64,000 nucleotides of DNA from an uncultured Candidatus Saccharibacteria bacterium (GTDB lineage: Bacteria; Patescibacteriota; Minisyncoccia; Phycocordibacterales; CSBR16-119): NCBI GenBank assembly GCA_964557535.1, contig CAZLAD010000003.1:89671-153670 (forward strand). Direction: 5' to 3'. This document shows positions 40,038 through 49,929 of the stretch, piece by piece. Below the pieces are notes generated by a model, which saw only the letters and a list, made by a program, of their open reading frames with translations, had not been told where the DNA came from and searched no databases. Position numbers and translations under genes: made by a program. Each line of letters opens with the position of its first letter. Positions within the stretch are counted from its first letter, which is position 1.

Positions 40038-40823
40038 ATGCGCTACTTTGACATCCATTCTCATCTAAACCTTTCACCTCTATCAGAAAGGAAAGACGAA
40101 ATAATTAAAACTCTTGAGGAAAAAGAAACCGGTACTATAACTGTCGGGACTGATTTTGAAACATCGGCGCAGGCCGTGGCTATTGCTATTGAGAGCAATA
40201 ATCTTTTTGCGTCTGTTGGGCTTCATCCGACCGAAGTCATGGAAAAACATTTTGATTTGGATGAATTTAGAAATCTTGCAGGTAAAAATAAAGTCGTTGC
40301 TATTGGTGAGTGTGGACTCGACTATTTCCGAATTGACGCGAGCGATGAATCAACCAAAAATTTACAAAAAGAAATTTTTAATAAGCAGATTGATTTGGCG
40401 GTAGAGAAAAATATACCGCTTATTCTTCATGTTCGTCCACAGAAAGGAACAATGGATGCGTATGAAGACGTTTTAGAGATTCTTGAATCTCGAGCGAGTG
40501 AGAACATTCGTGGCGACGTACATTTTTTTGTTGGCTCACCTGAGATCGCTCATAGATTTATCAAGCTCGGATTTTATTTGTCATTTACTGGAGTTGTAAC
40601 TTTTGCCCGTGACTACGATGAAGTTATTCGCCAAACTCTGATTGATCGAATTCTTACTGAAACAGATGCGCCTTTTGTCGCCCCAATCCCACATCGTGGG
40701 GAAGTCTGCGAACCTTGGATGGTACAAGAAGTCATTAAGAAAATTGCTGAAATCAAAGGTCTAGATCTAGAAGAAACCCGTCTCCAAATCCTCCAAAACG
40801 CCAAAACTCTTTTCGATATCTAA
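40038..40823 (+). CDS. tatD: TatD-family metal-dependent hydrolase
   Basis: FDIHSHLN; conserved His/Glu/Asp ligands. Confidence 0.75.
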   Translation: MRYFDIHSHLNLSPLSERKDEIIKTLEEKETGTITVGTDFETSAQAVAIAIESNNLFASVGLHPTEVMEKHFDLDEFRNLAGKNKVVAIGECGLDYFRIDASDESTKNLQKEIFNKQIDLAVEKNIPLILHVRPQKGTMDAYEDVLEILESRASENIRGDVHFFVGSPEIAHRFIKLGFYLSFTGVVTFARDYDEVIRQTLIDRILTETDAPFVAPIPHRGEVCEPWMVQEVIKKIAEIKGLDLEETRLQILQNAKTLFDI

Positions 40824-41254
40824 AACCTCTTAAAAATAAAGGCGATTTTGGAATCCGTAAATTCTAGGCCAAAATCGCTTGACAAAATTCTATAATATGC
40901 TATCTTGTAAAAGTCGGTACCTCGCATAGGTACCCAAGTTCGCCCCACGCAGTGGGCTTTACAACAACAAAGGAGGCTTAAAAATCAACATTCATCCGTT
41001 GACCTACCTTCGGGTCGTGGTCTAGGGTGATCGGCCTCCAAACCGGCTAGAAGATCGAGAAGGAAAAGCTAATAATCGGCAAACTCGATCATTGTTCTAA
41101 AGCACGGCATTGCAGATTTGGACAAGCCAAGCCGGCGGATTAAGGTCCCGGTGGGGTGCGTTGGAAAGCGGGAGCTTTCTACGCCCTCATCGCGGGCCAA
41201 GTTCTTTTTTTGAGTCATTTCCCCACATCCAATTCATGTGTGAGAGTCGTTCGC

Positions 41255-41285
41255 GAGCCCCGGTTGTTAGCCGGGGCTCGAATTA
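41255..41285 (+). terminator. Strong hairpin cgagccccgg ttgttag ccggggctcg at the end of a 400-nt ORF-free region
   Basis: 10-bp perfect stem followed by a T-rich tract. Confidence 0.45.
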
Positions 41286-41465
41286 TTTTAGGGTTTACAT
41301 TTTTATATTAATCTGGTAATATCTCCAAAGCGTTTCGTTCGACTCCTTTGAAACATAAGGCGTCGCAAGGTCCGATACGATGCGTTTTTTTATTACCAGT
41401 TTTTAGCCATTAGCTATTAGTTTTTAGCTAACGGCCAAAGGCTAACAGCTAATAGCTAACTAAAC

Positions 41466-41957
41466 ATGGAAGATACATCAAACAAGAAAGTCTACGAGCT
41501 CGGATATCACATCCTTCCAACTTTGTCAGAAGATGAAGTTGCGAAGGTGGTAACTGCACTCAAAGGAGAATTGTCAAAGATGGACGCCGAGGTTATTGCC
41601 GAAGCTCATCCAACTATGACGACTCTCGCTTATGAACTTGGAAAGGATATTGAAAACAAGAATCGTAAATTTGGCACAGCTTACTTTGGCTGGGTTAAAT
41701 TTGAAGTCGAAACATCTTTGATCGAAGGATTCAAAGAATTAATGGAGAAAAACCTAAATGTTCTTCGATTCATCATTGTCAAAACTGTCCGTGAAAGTAC
41801 TTTGGCTACACCAAAACTCGCTCACAAGGGCATGACTCGCCGCACTCCATCTGATGTCGTCGAAGGCGCACCGATGGATACTGCTGAAGTCGACAAGAAA
41901 ATCGACGAAATGATCGAAACCGACATAGAAGGAGAGACATTGCCAGAAGTTAAATAG
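41466..41957 (+). CDS. rpsF: 30S ribosomal protein S6 with an acidic C-terminal extension
   Basis: YELGYHILP.. Confidence 0.8.
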   Translation: MEDTSNKKVYELGYHILPTLSEDEVAKVVTALKGELSKMDAEVIAEAHPTMTTLAYELGKDIENKNRKFGTAYFGWVKFEVETSLIEGFKELMEKNLNVLRFIIVKTVRESTLATPKLAHKGMTRRTPSDVVEGAPMDTAEVDKKIDEMIETDIEGETLPEVK

Positions 41958-41998
41958 TTTCTTACAATGGAACTAGTATTACAAACTAACTTCTCAAT

Positions 41999-42454
41999 AT
42001 GTATCTAAACAAAGCCATGGTTATCGGGAATCTAACCCGTGACCCAGAAATGAAAGCTCTACCGTCTGGTATCAAGGTCTGCAACTTCAGTGTCGCCACA
42101 AACAGAACTTGGAAAGACAAAAACGGCGCCAAACAAGAGTCGACTGACTATCACAACGTTGTGGTTTTTGGTCGCCAAGCAGAAATCGTGTCTCAATACA
42201 TGAAGAAAGGCTCTTCGATTCTCGTCGAAGGTCGCATGCAGACCAGGAGTTGGGACGCTGACGGTGGCAAAAAATACCGTACCGAAATAATTGCCGACAC
42301 AATTCAGTTTGGTCCACGATCATCCGGTGGTGGAAACTACGGAGGCGGGCAATCTGCAAACGATAATTCTACAGCGCCCGAGATGAAAGCTCCGGAACTT
42401 GAAACTATCGAGTATCCAGACGACGATATCAACCCAGACGACATCCCGTTCTAA
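41999..42454 (+). CDS. ssb: Single-stranded DNA-binding protein
   Basis: OB-fold; C-terminal DDIPF tail. Confidence 0.85.
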   Translation: MYLNKAMVIGNLTRDPEMKALPSGIKVCNFSVATNRTWKDKNGAKQESTDYHNVVVFGRQAEIVSQYMKKGSSILVEGRMQTRSWDADGGKKYRTEIIADTIQFGPRSSGGGNYGGGQSANDNSTAPEMKAPELETIEYPDDDINPDDIPF

Positions 42455-42492
42455 GCTATAAACTAAAACCTATTACCCATAACCTAACAAAC

Positions 42493-42690
42493 ATGCAAGA
42501 TTATTTTTCTTCAAACAATATCAAATACATCGACTACAAGGACGTGGCGATCTTGAAGCAATTTCTCGATCCAAACGCTCGCATGATGCCGAAAAAGAAA
42601 ACCAAGCTTTCGGCCAAGAACCAAAAACATTTGGCGGCTGCCGTCAAACGCGCTCGAATCATGGGATTACTTCCTTTTGTGGCGGAATAA
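42493..42690 (+). CDS. rpsR: 30S ribosomal protein S18
   Basis: Conserved S18 sequence. Confidence 0.85.
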   Translation: MQDYFSSNNIKYIDYKDVAILKQFLDPNARMMPKKKTKLSAKNQKHLAAAVKRARIMGLLPFVAE

Positions 42691-42700
42691 AGGGTGTTTC

Positions 42701-42815
42701 GCAAAACATAACAAAAAAGACACGCGTTCCGGCTGTAAACGCCGGCCGCTAAGACTCGGAAGCCGGCCTTGATGGGCCGGCTTCCTCCGTATTGTCTTTT
42801 TTTGTTATGTTTTGC
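42701..42815. repeat. Family A palindromic structured element, copy A2: outer stem gcaaaacataacaaaaaagaca/tgtcttttttgttatgttttgc; hairpins ccggc-tgtaaac-gccgg and ggaagccggcc-ttgatg-ggccggcttcc
   Basis: Conserved linkers identical to A1, with every stem differing by compensatory changes. Confidence 0.7.
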
Positions 42816-42879
42816 TCCACCTAGATGGATAGAAAACCGAGACTGTATACTAAATACCAAATACTGTATACTTAGCAAC

Positions 42880-43473
42880 ATGCAACAAACATTCATATTC
42901 ATTGGTCGTTCCGGCTGTGGCAAGGGGACCCAGGCCGCGCTTCTCATGGAGAAATTAAAAGCCGAGGATTCAGGAGATGTTTTTTATCTTGAAACAGGTC
43001 AGAGATTCCGAGAATTCGTCAAACAGCCAAATTACACAAGCGGTCTGTCGTACGAAGTCATGAAAAGTGGTGCGCGCCAGCCAGATTTCTTGGCGGCTCA
43101 CATCTGGTCGCATGTACTTATTGATACGTTTAACGGTCGCCAACATTTGGTTATTGATGGTACTCCACGTTCAAAAAACGAGGCGGTTATTCTCGATACG
43201 GCCATGAAATTCTACCAACTCGAGAAGCCTTTCATTGTTTATATGAATGTCTCAAATGATTGGGCTCGTTCTAGATTGCTCGAACGCGGTCGCTCCGACG
43301 ATAAGGGCGCTGATGGCATAGAGAAGCGTTTAGCTTGGTTTGAACGAGATGTTATGCCGGCCGTAGAATATTACCGCAATAATCCTGATTACAACTTTCT
43401 CGAAATAAATGGTGAACAAACTATTGAAGAAGTATATACCGAACTAATTTCGAAAATAGCCTCGATTTCTTAA
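42880..43473 (+). CDS. adk: Adenylate kinase-family nucleoside monophosphate kinase
   Basis: P-loop GRSGCGKGTQA. Confidence 0.7.
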   Translation: MQQTFIFIGRSGCGKGTQAALLMEKLKAEDSGDVFYLETGQRFREFVKQPNYTSGLSYEVMKSGARQPDFLAAHIWSHVLIDTFNGRQHLVIDGTPRSKNEAVILDTAMKFYQLEKPFIVYMNVSNDWARSRLLERGRSDDKGADGIEKRLAWFERDVMPAVEYYRNNPDYNFLEINGEQTIEEVYTELISKIASIS

Positions 43474-44238
43474 ATGATAAAACTCAAATCAAAAGAAGAA
43501 ATAAAAATCATGAAAGAAGGCGGGCGACGCCACGCGGAAATTTTGTGCGAGGTGGCAAAGGCTGTGCGACCAGGAATTTCGACCAAAGAACTTGATGATT
43601 TAGCTTATAAATTAATTCTCGAAGGTGGCGACAAATCCGCGTTCAAAGGCTATACACCCGAAGGCGTCTCGTATCCATATCCGGCGTGTCTGTGCGTGTC
43701 GATAAACGACGAAATTGTTCACGGTATTCCAAATAAAAAAGTTTTCTTACAAGACGGCGATATCGTATCGCTTGACCTCGGACTTGTGCACAAGGGTCTC
43801 ATAACCGATGGCGCAATCACGGTGCCGGTTGGGAAAATTTCAAAAGAGGCGAAAGAGTTAATTAAGGTGACAAAAAAAGCTCTGGAGCTTGCTGTTGCAG
43901 CGGCAAAGCCGGGCGGACGCGTGGGCGACATTGGTCATGCGGTGGAAAGTTTTGTGAAGCCTCTTGGTTATGGAATTGTGAAAATTCTTTCTGGCCATGG
44001 TGTCGGTTATAGCGTCCACGAAGATCCATATGTGCCAAACTTTGGCCGAGCGGGAACAGGAGAGAAACTTGTGCCGGGGATGGTCATCGCTATAGAACCC
44101 ATGATCAATCTCGGGACAGGAGAAGTCTACGTGACCGAAGACGAATATACTTACATCACCGCCGACGGCAAACTTTCGGCGCATTTTGAACACACGGTTG
44201 CAATCACAGAAAAAGGTCCAGTAATTTTGACGAAATAA
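43474..44238 (+). CDS. map: Methionine aminopeptidase type I
   Basis: Conserved MetAP metal ligands and sequence. Confidence 0.88.
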   Translation: MIKLKSKEEIKIMKEGGRRHAEILCEVAKAVRPGISTKELDDLAYKLILEGGDKSAFKGYTPEGVSYPYPACLCVSINDEIVHGIPNKKVFLQDGDIVSLDLGLVHKGLITDGAITVPVGKISKEAKELIKVTKKALELAVAAAKPGGRVGDIGHAVESFVKPLGYGIVKILSGHGVGYSVHEDPYVPNFGRAGTGEKLVPGMVIAIEPMINLGTGEVYVTEDEYTYITADGKLSAHFEHTVAITEKGPVILTK

Positions 44239-44242
44239 ATTT

Positions 44243-44662
44243 ATGAAAAATAAAGAATTTTCATCACTTCCGCGGGCTTTAATAATAATTTTATTTTTTG
44301 CCATTTGGATTTTTATAGAATCTATCCCAAGAATTATTGTAGAAAATACAGGCAAAGAATACGTTTCTTTTATGGGAGTAGTTTATTATCGTCTTTGGAA
44401 TGTTAATTCTCCGACGAATCATTATCGTGTGGTTCCTGTTCGTGGAGCTAAAACAAACTTCACCCTTATCGGTCGTGATTGTATAAAGGACGCTTATCAT
44501 GTTTTCTGTAATGGAAGAATTCTCCCAGGAGCCGACCCAAACACTTTTGTGGCATACAACAACATGTACACTCGCGACAAAAACAAGTTTTTTAGATGGG
44601 ACATCGAGATTAGTGAAGTCGAATTCAATGAAGGTGTTAAGCTTTTGCAAAAAGACAACTAA
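44243..44662 (+). CDS. TM-anchored DKNYY-family repeat protein
   Basis: DAYHVFCNGRILPGADPNTF.. and DKNKFFRWDIEI match the DKNYY motif. Confidence 0.45.
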   Translation: MKNKEFSSLPRALIIILFFAIWIFIESIPRIIVENTGKEYVSFMGVVYYRLWNVNSPTNHYRVVPVRGAKTNFTLIGRDCIKDAYHVFCNGRILPGADPNTFVAYNNMYTRDKNKFFRWDIEISEVEFNEGVKLLQKDN

Positions 44663-44728
44663 ATCTGTATACTCGATCCCAACAACGTCCTTTACATTCT
44701 GTGGAGGGCCAATCCAAACAACAGGAAA

Positions 44729-45151
44729 ATGCAACAACTAGAACCTTTTGGAAAAGGCCTTAACTTGGTCGTGAAGGAATTGGGATTACCCAACATTCTT
44801 CGTGAACTGATGCAAAGGCCTGAAACGGTTACGACCTGGGCGATTGATCAACTGAAGGGCGTCACGTGTCCCAAATGCCGAGAGATTGGCACCATTCTTC
44901 GGATTCGATTGGGCGATGTCAGGAACATAAGTCTTCCGACTGTCCCAGGCCAATCGGAACTGGATAAAGTCGCTTGGTTTGAGAAACAGTTGGAACTCGA
45001 TTTTGGCGATTCCATTGGAAATACCGCCGAAGAAATCAGGCTGGGTGTCCTCAAGGAACAAGGAATTGCCGAGCAAAGGACTAGGTGGACGTGCTTCTCT
45101 TGCAGGCAAGAAATTCCCGCAGTGGAGTTTGTTGACCAGTTCGAGAAGTAG
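44729..45151 (+). CDS. Small zinc-ribbon protein (CPKC ... CFSC); GC-rich island
   Basis: Two CxxC pairs; A/C-rich leader; GC-stem hairpin downstream. Confidence 0.4.
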   Translation: MQQLEPFGKGLNLVVKELGLPNILRELMQRPETVTTWAIDQLKGVTCPKCREIGTILRIRLGDVRNISLPTVPGQSELDKVAWFEKQLELDFGDSIGNTAEEIRLGVLKEQGIAEQRTRWTCFSCRQEIPAVEFVDQFEK

Positions 45152-45320
45152 ACGATCCGTGTTTGGAGCGAAAAGAGTCGGAGAAATCCGGCTCTTTGCT
45201 TTTTAGGGTAAAAATACATACCTTGCTCGGCAAAGTTCTTTAAGATTGAGCCTCCGAACTACTTCTTGCCTTTTTTCAAATAATATTGCAATATCCACTT
45301 GAACATCAAACCACAATCTC

Positions 45321-45974
45321 ATGGATGTAAAGGAAAGCAAGAGCTACCTCCAACTAGATGGCGGTCGCAAATGTGATCCTTCGATGTCTACGAGGGATTA
45401 CATAGAAATGTGGTGGAAAGGTTTGGAAAACCCATCCATCTACGAGAGGAATTTCTATCGTTTGTTCAATGAACATGGCAAAGACTTGGGACATTTATCG
45501 ATGCAGTTCTTTCCACCTGATCATAATGTAGCCAAAGAAGCAAAAACAAAGAAGGTTTTTGGTCACTGTCATGCCGTGGGCCATTCTCGGCTTGATTGGG
45601 GTGAGGAAATAATAAAGAAATCGACCCTTTGGCTTGGTTACATTGATGTGCAGGAAAATGGGTCCTATCTAAAGACCATAAAGCACACCTTTGTTACCTG
45701 GAATTTACCCAACGGAGACAGGATCATCTTCGATCAAGTCCTTATTAAAGCCGTGGTTGAAGGGTTGAACTTTGCTTTTTCCAATTACTATGCAATTCCA
45801 ATTCCTGCAGAGTTTCCTCGGTATGTTGAGGATTTTCTTGAGGGGTGTGGAAAGGCAAGGACCGCTTTGAACTACTCGGTCTATATGGACCACATAACTT
45901 TCGCATCCAATGAATCCACAGACAAATTATTGGCTGAGATGAATCTATTGCGAAAGAAGGACTGCCCGGGCTGA
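45321..45974 (+). CDS. Hypothetical protein (moderately GC-rich)
   Basis: ORF with leader aaaccacaatctcATGG; no recognised domain. Confidence 0.4.
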   Translation: MDVKESKSYLQLDGGRKCDPSMSTRDYIEMWWKGLENPSIYERNFYRLFNEHGKDLGHLSMQFFPPDHNVAKEAKTKKVFGHCHAVGHSRLDWGEEIIKKSTLWLGYIDVQENGSYLKTIKHTFVTWNLPNGDRIIFDQVLIKAVVEGLNFAFSNYYAIPIPAEFPRYVEDFLEGCGKARTALNYSVYMDHITFASNESTDKLLAEMNLLRKKDCPG

Positions 45975-46028
45975 AGGCCTGGGCAGAACTGTTTCTATCT
46001 CTTGATTTCTGCCTGCATGCTACAATAT

Positions 46029-46154
46029 TCCTATGGAATCCCGTTAGAGATGTTTCGTTTGGGATTTTTAATAAACATTGCAAAATCATGGTCGTGAATT
46101 ACTCACAAAACAATAATCAAGGTACGCAAACTAAAGTTTGCTATCTCTAACGGG
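46029..46154 (+). promoter_or_regulatory. E-family structured 5' leader, copy E2 (arm tcccgttagagat ... atctctaacggga; core atggtcgtgaattactcac..cgcaaact-aaa-gtttgc)
   Basis: Perfect 13-bp long-range stem ending at the ATG at 46155; hairpin covaries with E3. Confidence 0.6.
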
Positions 46155-48893
46155 ATGGAATTTGGTGGAGGAATGGAGGGGCCGAAGTTTAAAACTCCTG
46201 AAGAGGAGCTCGCCTTTTTGCGTGAGAAAGTTGCAACGCACGAGAAAGAATTAGCTAGTCAAAATATTGAAAAATCCCGCGAGGCCATCACACACGAAGC
46301 TTTGTCGGCTTACAAGAAAGCCGACACCGAAGAAGTTCTACACCCAGATTTTCAAACGCCGGAGCATGAGTCCGAAGCCGTCGCGCTTGCCCTAAAGCCC
46401 GAAGAACACGACGAGCAGATTTCCGAACTCTATGGACTACTTCTCGAAAAGGGAATCAAAAACACTTTGGATATTGTCGCCCGTATGAACAATCCCCACC
46501 TCGAAGATGACTTTCATCGTTTCCTCGTCCAGTTTTTGCACACCTCCGGTAGTATTCCAGGCCTCAAAGAAACCGCGCCAGAGTGGAAGTCTTTGAACTT
46601 GTCTTTGTTTGAGGTTACGCTTCCGCCACTTGAGGGCGAGAACAAAAGCTTCAAAGATTTCTTGACCGCCATGGAGCAATTTTTCGCCGGCATGCAGACG
46701 ATTGCGTCCGGTGAACAAAATAGTTACAAACAGTATTTCACGATCGAGATTGCTGTTTCGCATGATTCTCCAGAAATTGTCTTGTATGTTTCGATTCCCA
46801 AAGAACGTAAAACGTTGCTCGAAAAACAAATTCTTTCTTTTTACAAAAATGCCCGCGTGACGGAAGTGACGAACGATTACAATGTTTTTGTCGATCAGGG
46901 TGCGACGGCCGGAGCATATGCGACACTTTCTGATCACGACGTTTTTCCGCTCAAAACTCATGACGAGTTTGATCATGATCCGATGGCGGCCATCCTAAAC
47001 GCTTTTTCCAAACTCGACAAGACGACAGAAGGCGCGGCTTTGCAGTTCGTCATCATGCCGGCCGGTGATGCCTATATCAAAAAATTTGCAAAAATTCTCG
47101 ACAAGGTAAAGCATGGCGAGAAGTTGAAGCACGCAATGGATGAATTCCACGACATCAAGCAAGAATTCAAAAATTTCGGTACCTCGCTTTTTAGAAGTAC
47201 AAAAACCCTGGAAAAACAAAAAGCCGAAGAAACCAAAGACATTGATGATACTGCTGTCGAAAATATTTCAGAGAAAATCAAATCAACCATCGTTTTGACA
47301 AATGTTCGCGTCGTCGCATCGTCGCCGTCAGCTGGTCGCACTTCCGAAATTATTTCAAATATCGAATCATCTTTTTCGCAGTTTACTCGAGCCAATTCAA
47401 ATAGCGTTCGATTTCACAAAGTAGGGGACAAGGATCGGGAAAAATTCTTCCACGCATTTTCTTTTCGTATGCCTGATGGACACGATGTCATGCCACTTAA
47501 CTTCAAAGAGCTTGCGACCTTGGTGCACTTCCCGGTTGGCACCACTGGTTCGCCCGAGCTTCGCGAATCCAAAGCGGGCGTCGCGGCTGCGCCGATCAAT
47601 ATGGGCACAAGCGGTATCAAAATCGGTATCAACTCATTTCGTGGTGTCGACACCGATGCTTATCTAAAAGAGGTTGATCGCATGCGACATTTCTATGTCA
47701 TCGGCCAGACGGGAACTGGTAAGACTGGAATTCTCATGAACATGATTCGCCAAGACATTGAAAATGGCGATGGCGTTTGTTATATCGATCCGCACGGCAC
47801 CGACATCCAGAAAATTCTTTCTTTTATTCCGAAAAACAGAATTGATGACGTTATCTATTTCGATCCGGCTTCGACGGCCAGACCAATGGCGCTCAACATG
47901 CTCGAGTTTGATCCAGAGCGTCCAGAGCAGAAAACTCTCGTCATTAACGAGCTTCTGGGGATTTTTAGTCAGCTTTTTGACATGAAGACGGCCGGCGGAC
48001 CTTTGTTCGAACAGTATTTCAAAAATTCGGCCGGACTTGTCATGGGTGATCCAGATTCGGGTAACACAATCCTCGAAATCGGTCGTGTGCTTTCGGACAA
48101 AAAATTCCGCGACATGAAGCTTGCGCGTTGTACAAATCCAATCATTACGCAGTTTTGGAAAAATGCCGAAGCTACGACAGGCGAACAAGGACTAGAGAAC
48201 TTTGTGCCGTACATCACTTCCAAATTCGACACGTTTATCTCAAACGAAATCATGCGACCAATCATCGCCCAAGAAAAATCGAGTTTTAATTTCCGCGACA
48301 TTCTTGATAACAAGAAAATTTTCTTGGCCAATCTTTCAAAGGGTCGTTTGGGTGACATCAATGCGAACCTTCTCGGCCTTATTCTCGTCGGCAAGATTCA
48401 GATGGCAGCGCTTTCTCGAGCAGATTCTGCCAGTATGAATTTCCCGCCGTTTTATCTCTACATCGACGAGTTCCAAAATTTCACCACACCATCGATTTCT
48501 TCAATTCTCTCCGAGGCGCGAAAATACAAACTTTCGCTAAATGTCGCACACCAATATCTCTCACAACTTTCGGACGATATCAAAAACGCCGTTTTGGGAA
48601 ACGTCGGCTCGATGGGGATTTTCCGTATCAGTTCTGAAGATGCCGAAGTTTTGGTCAAACGTCTGGAGCCAACATTTACTGTCCAAGACATCTTAAAACT
48701 CGATAATCGAAATGCGTATATCTCGATGCTTGTTGATGGTGTGCCGGTCAAGCCATTTAATATTCGTACGCAGGATTTACCGGCGGGTAATCCGGAAATT
48801 GTCGAATCACTCAAGGAACTTTCATTCCTCAAATTCGGTCGCCCGCGTGATGAAGTGGAGAAAGAGGTGATGGACAAGTTTATGAAGATTTAA
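46155..48893 (+). CDS. Soluble P-loop ATPase of the TraD/TrwB/VirD4 (type IV coupling protein)-like / FtsK-HerA superfamily, with a ~480-aa N-terminal domain of unknown function
   Basis: HFYVIGQTGTGKTG..YIDPHG (Walker A plus the DP-G box), FYLYIDEFQNF (Walker B), LNVAHQYLSQL. Confidence 0.55.
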   Translation: MEFGGGMEGPKFKTPEEELAFLREKVATHEKELASQNIEKSREAITHEALSAYKKADTEEVLHPDFQTPEHESEAVALALKPEEHDEQISELYGLLLEKGIKNTLDIVARMNNPHLEDDFHRFLVQFLHTSGSIPGLKETAPEWKSLNLSLFEVTLPPLEGENKSFKDFLTAMEQFFAGMQTIASGEQNSYKQYFTIEIAVSHDSPEIVLYVSIPKERKTLLEKQILSFYKNARVTEVTNDYNVFVDQGATAGAYATLSDHDVFPLKTHDEFDHDPMAAILNAFSKLDKTTEGAALQFVIMPAGDAYIKKFAKILDKVKHGEKLKHAMDEFHDIKQEFKNFGTSLFRSTKTLEKQKAEETKDIDDTAVENISEKIKSTIVLTNVRVVASSPSAGRTSEIISNIESSFSQFTRANSNSVRFHKVGDKDREKFFHAFSFRMPDGHDVMPLNFKELATLVHFPVGTTGSPELRESKAGVAAAPINMGTSGIKIGINSFRGVDTDAYLKEVDRMRHFYVIGQTGTGKTGILMNMIRQDIENGDGVCYIDPHGTDIQKILSFIPKNRIDDVIYFDPASTARPMALNMLEFDPERPEQKTLVINELLGIFSQLFDMKTAGGPLFEQYFKNSAGLVMGDPDSGNTILEIGRVLSDKKFRDMKLARCTNPIITQFWKNAEATTGEQGLENFVPYITSKFDTFISNEIMRPIIAQEKSSFNFRDILDNKKIFLANLSKGRLGDINANLLGLILVGKIQMAALSRADSASMNFPPFYLYIDEFQNFTTPSISSILSEARKYKLSLNVAHQYLSQLSDDIKNAVLGNVGSMGIFRISSEDAEVLVKRLEPTFTVQDILKLDNRNAYISMLVDGVPVKPFNIRTQDLPAGNPEIVESLKELSFLKFGRPRDEVEKEVMDKFMKI

Positions 48894-48931
48894 AACACTA
48901 CACTGTTGTGCAGTAAGGGCTAATTAATATT

Positions 48932-48966
48932 AATCTTGACAAAAAGCTTAATAAAGGTTAATCTAT
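48932..48966 (+). promoter_or_regulatory. Sigma70-like promoter (TTGACA, 17 nt, TAATCT) upstream of ORF 49002
   Basis: Read from the sequence. Confidence 0.35.
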
Positions 48967-49001
48967 TTTTGTAACGTTCGTCAAACTAAAAACTTAAACA
49001 A

Positions 49002-49316
49002 ATGGCAGACGAAGGATTTGCTCGAGTAAAAGACCTGTGGCAAAAATGCCACGATAATCACAAGATCTACTCGGTAGATCTACCCGCGGGCGTTGTGATA
49101 TGCGGTGGCGCTGATAAGGACGGGGAGAATAGGATTTTGTCTGTTTTTTGTTACTTATCAAAAGACATTCTGCACTATGAGGAGTGGTACGTGATTCGTC
49201 CTAATGGATCTGTTGATGCTCGGAGAATTTCTCCTCTTGGCAAGAACGAGATTTTGAAGAACGATCTTCATCACGATTGGTTCGGTCAAGAAGTACTCGA
49301 GGACGAAGACGATTGA
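49002..49316 (+). CDS. Hypothetical small protein (GC-rich)
   Basis: ORF plus downstream hairpin aatacccg..cgggtatt. Confidence 0.4.
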   Translation: MADEGFARVKDLWQKCHDNHKIYSVDLPAGVVICGGADKDGENRILSVFCYLSKDILHYEEWYVIRPNGSVDARRISPLGKNEILKNDLHHDWFGQEVLEDEDD

Positions 49317-49436
49317 CCATTTTGGTCTTGAATACCCGGTAATGAAGTGTAACGCTTTTATCGGGTATTGTTGTTTTTGTATTTGATTTTCTTACCCCAA
49401 ATGCTAAACTACGGTCATTAAAATTTGTAAATACAT

Positions 49437-49913
49437 ATGAACACTCATCCAAAAAATGAAAAAGTCCTTATTATCATGAAGCCTGACGCTATCCAGAGAA
49501 ATTTGGTCGGCGAGATCATCGGCCGATTTGAGAAAAAGGGTCTAAAGATCAATGGTCTGAAGATGTTGTCGCTCGAAGATGTCTTACTCGAAGATCATTA
49601 TGCTCACATCAAAGACAAGCCATTTTTTGCCGGCATAAAATCTTTTATGAAATCTTCTCCGGTTGTTGTCATGGCGCTTTCCGGTATTGGCGCGGTTGAT
49701 GCTGTGCGTATTATCGTCGGACCAACCAAAGCTTTCGAAGCCCCTGGTGGAACTATTCGTGGCGATTTGGCGATGTCTATCCAATCAAACGTCGTGCACG
49801 CTTCTGATTCAGTAGAAAATGGTATTGCCGAAGTCGCACGATTCTTCAAAGATGAAGAATTGTTCTCATACCAGAAAATCGATCAGGCTCTTGTGTACGC
49901 TGACAATTTCTAA
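49437..49913 (+). CDS. ndk: Nucleoside diphosphate kinase
   Basis: NVVHASDS active-site motif. Confidence 0.88.
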   Translation: MNTHPKNEKVLIIMKPDAIQRNLVGEIIGRFEKKGLKINGLKMLSLEDVLLEDHYAHIKDKPFFAGIKSFMKSSPVVVMALSGIGAVDAVRIIVGPTKAFEAPGGTIRGDLAMSIQSNVVHASDSVENGIAEVARFFKDEELFSYQKIDQALVYADNF

Positions 49914-49929
49914 GACAGATAAATCCTTT

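Noticed and set aside
40824-41300. RNase P RNA, tmRNA, SRP RNA or a tRNA in the long ORF-free region
   Set aside because: Could not find P4 strands (GGAAAGUCCGGGC / ACAGAACCCGGCUUA) in the right order, nor a tmRNA tag-ORF or 3' T-arm/CCA, nor the SRP domain IV motif, nor a T-loop GGTTCGAATCC-like sequence. Left as an unassigned structured region.
46029-46154. E-family elements as integron attC sites
   Set aside because: The arms contain GTTAGAG and TCTAAC-like strings but in the wrong orientation and not matching the R''/R' consensus (RYYYAAC...GTTRRRY). The sequence is conserved rather than only the structure. No integrase is in the window.
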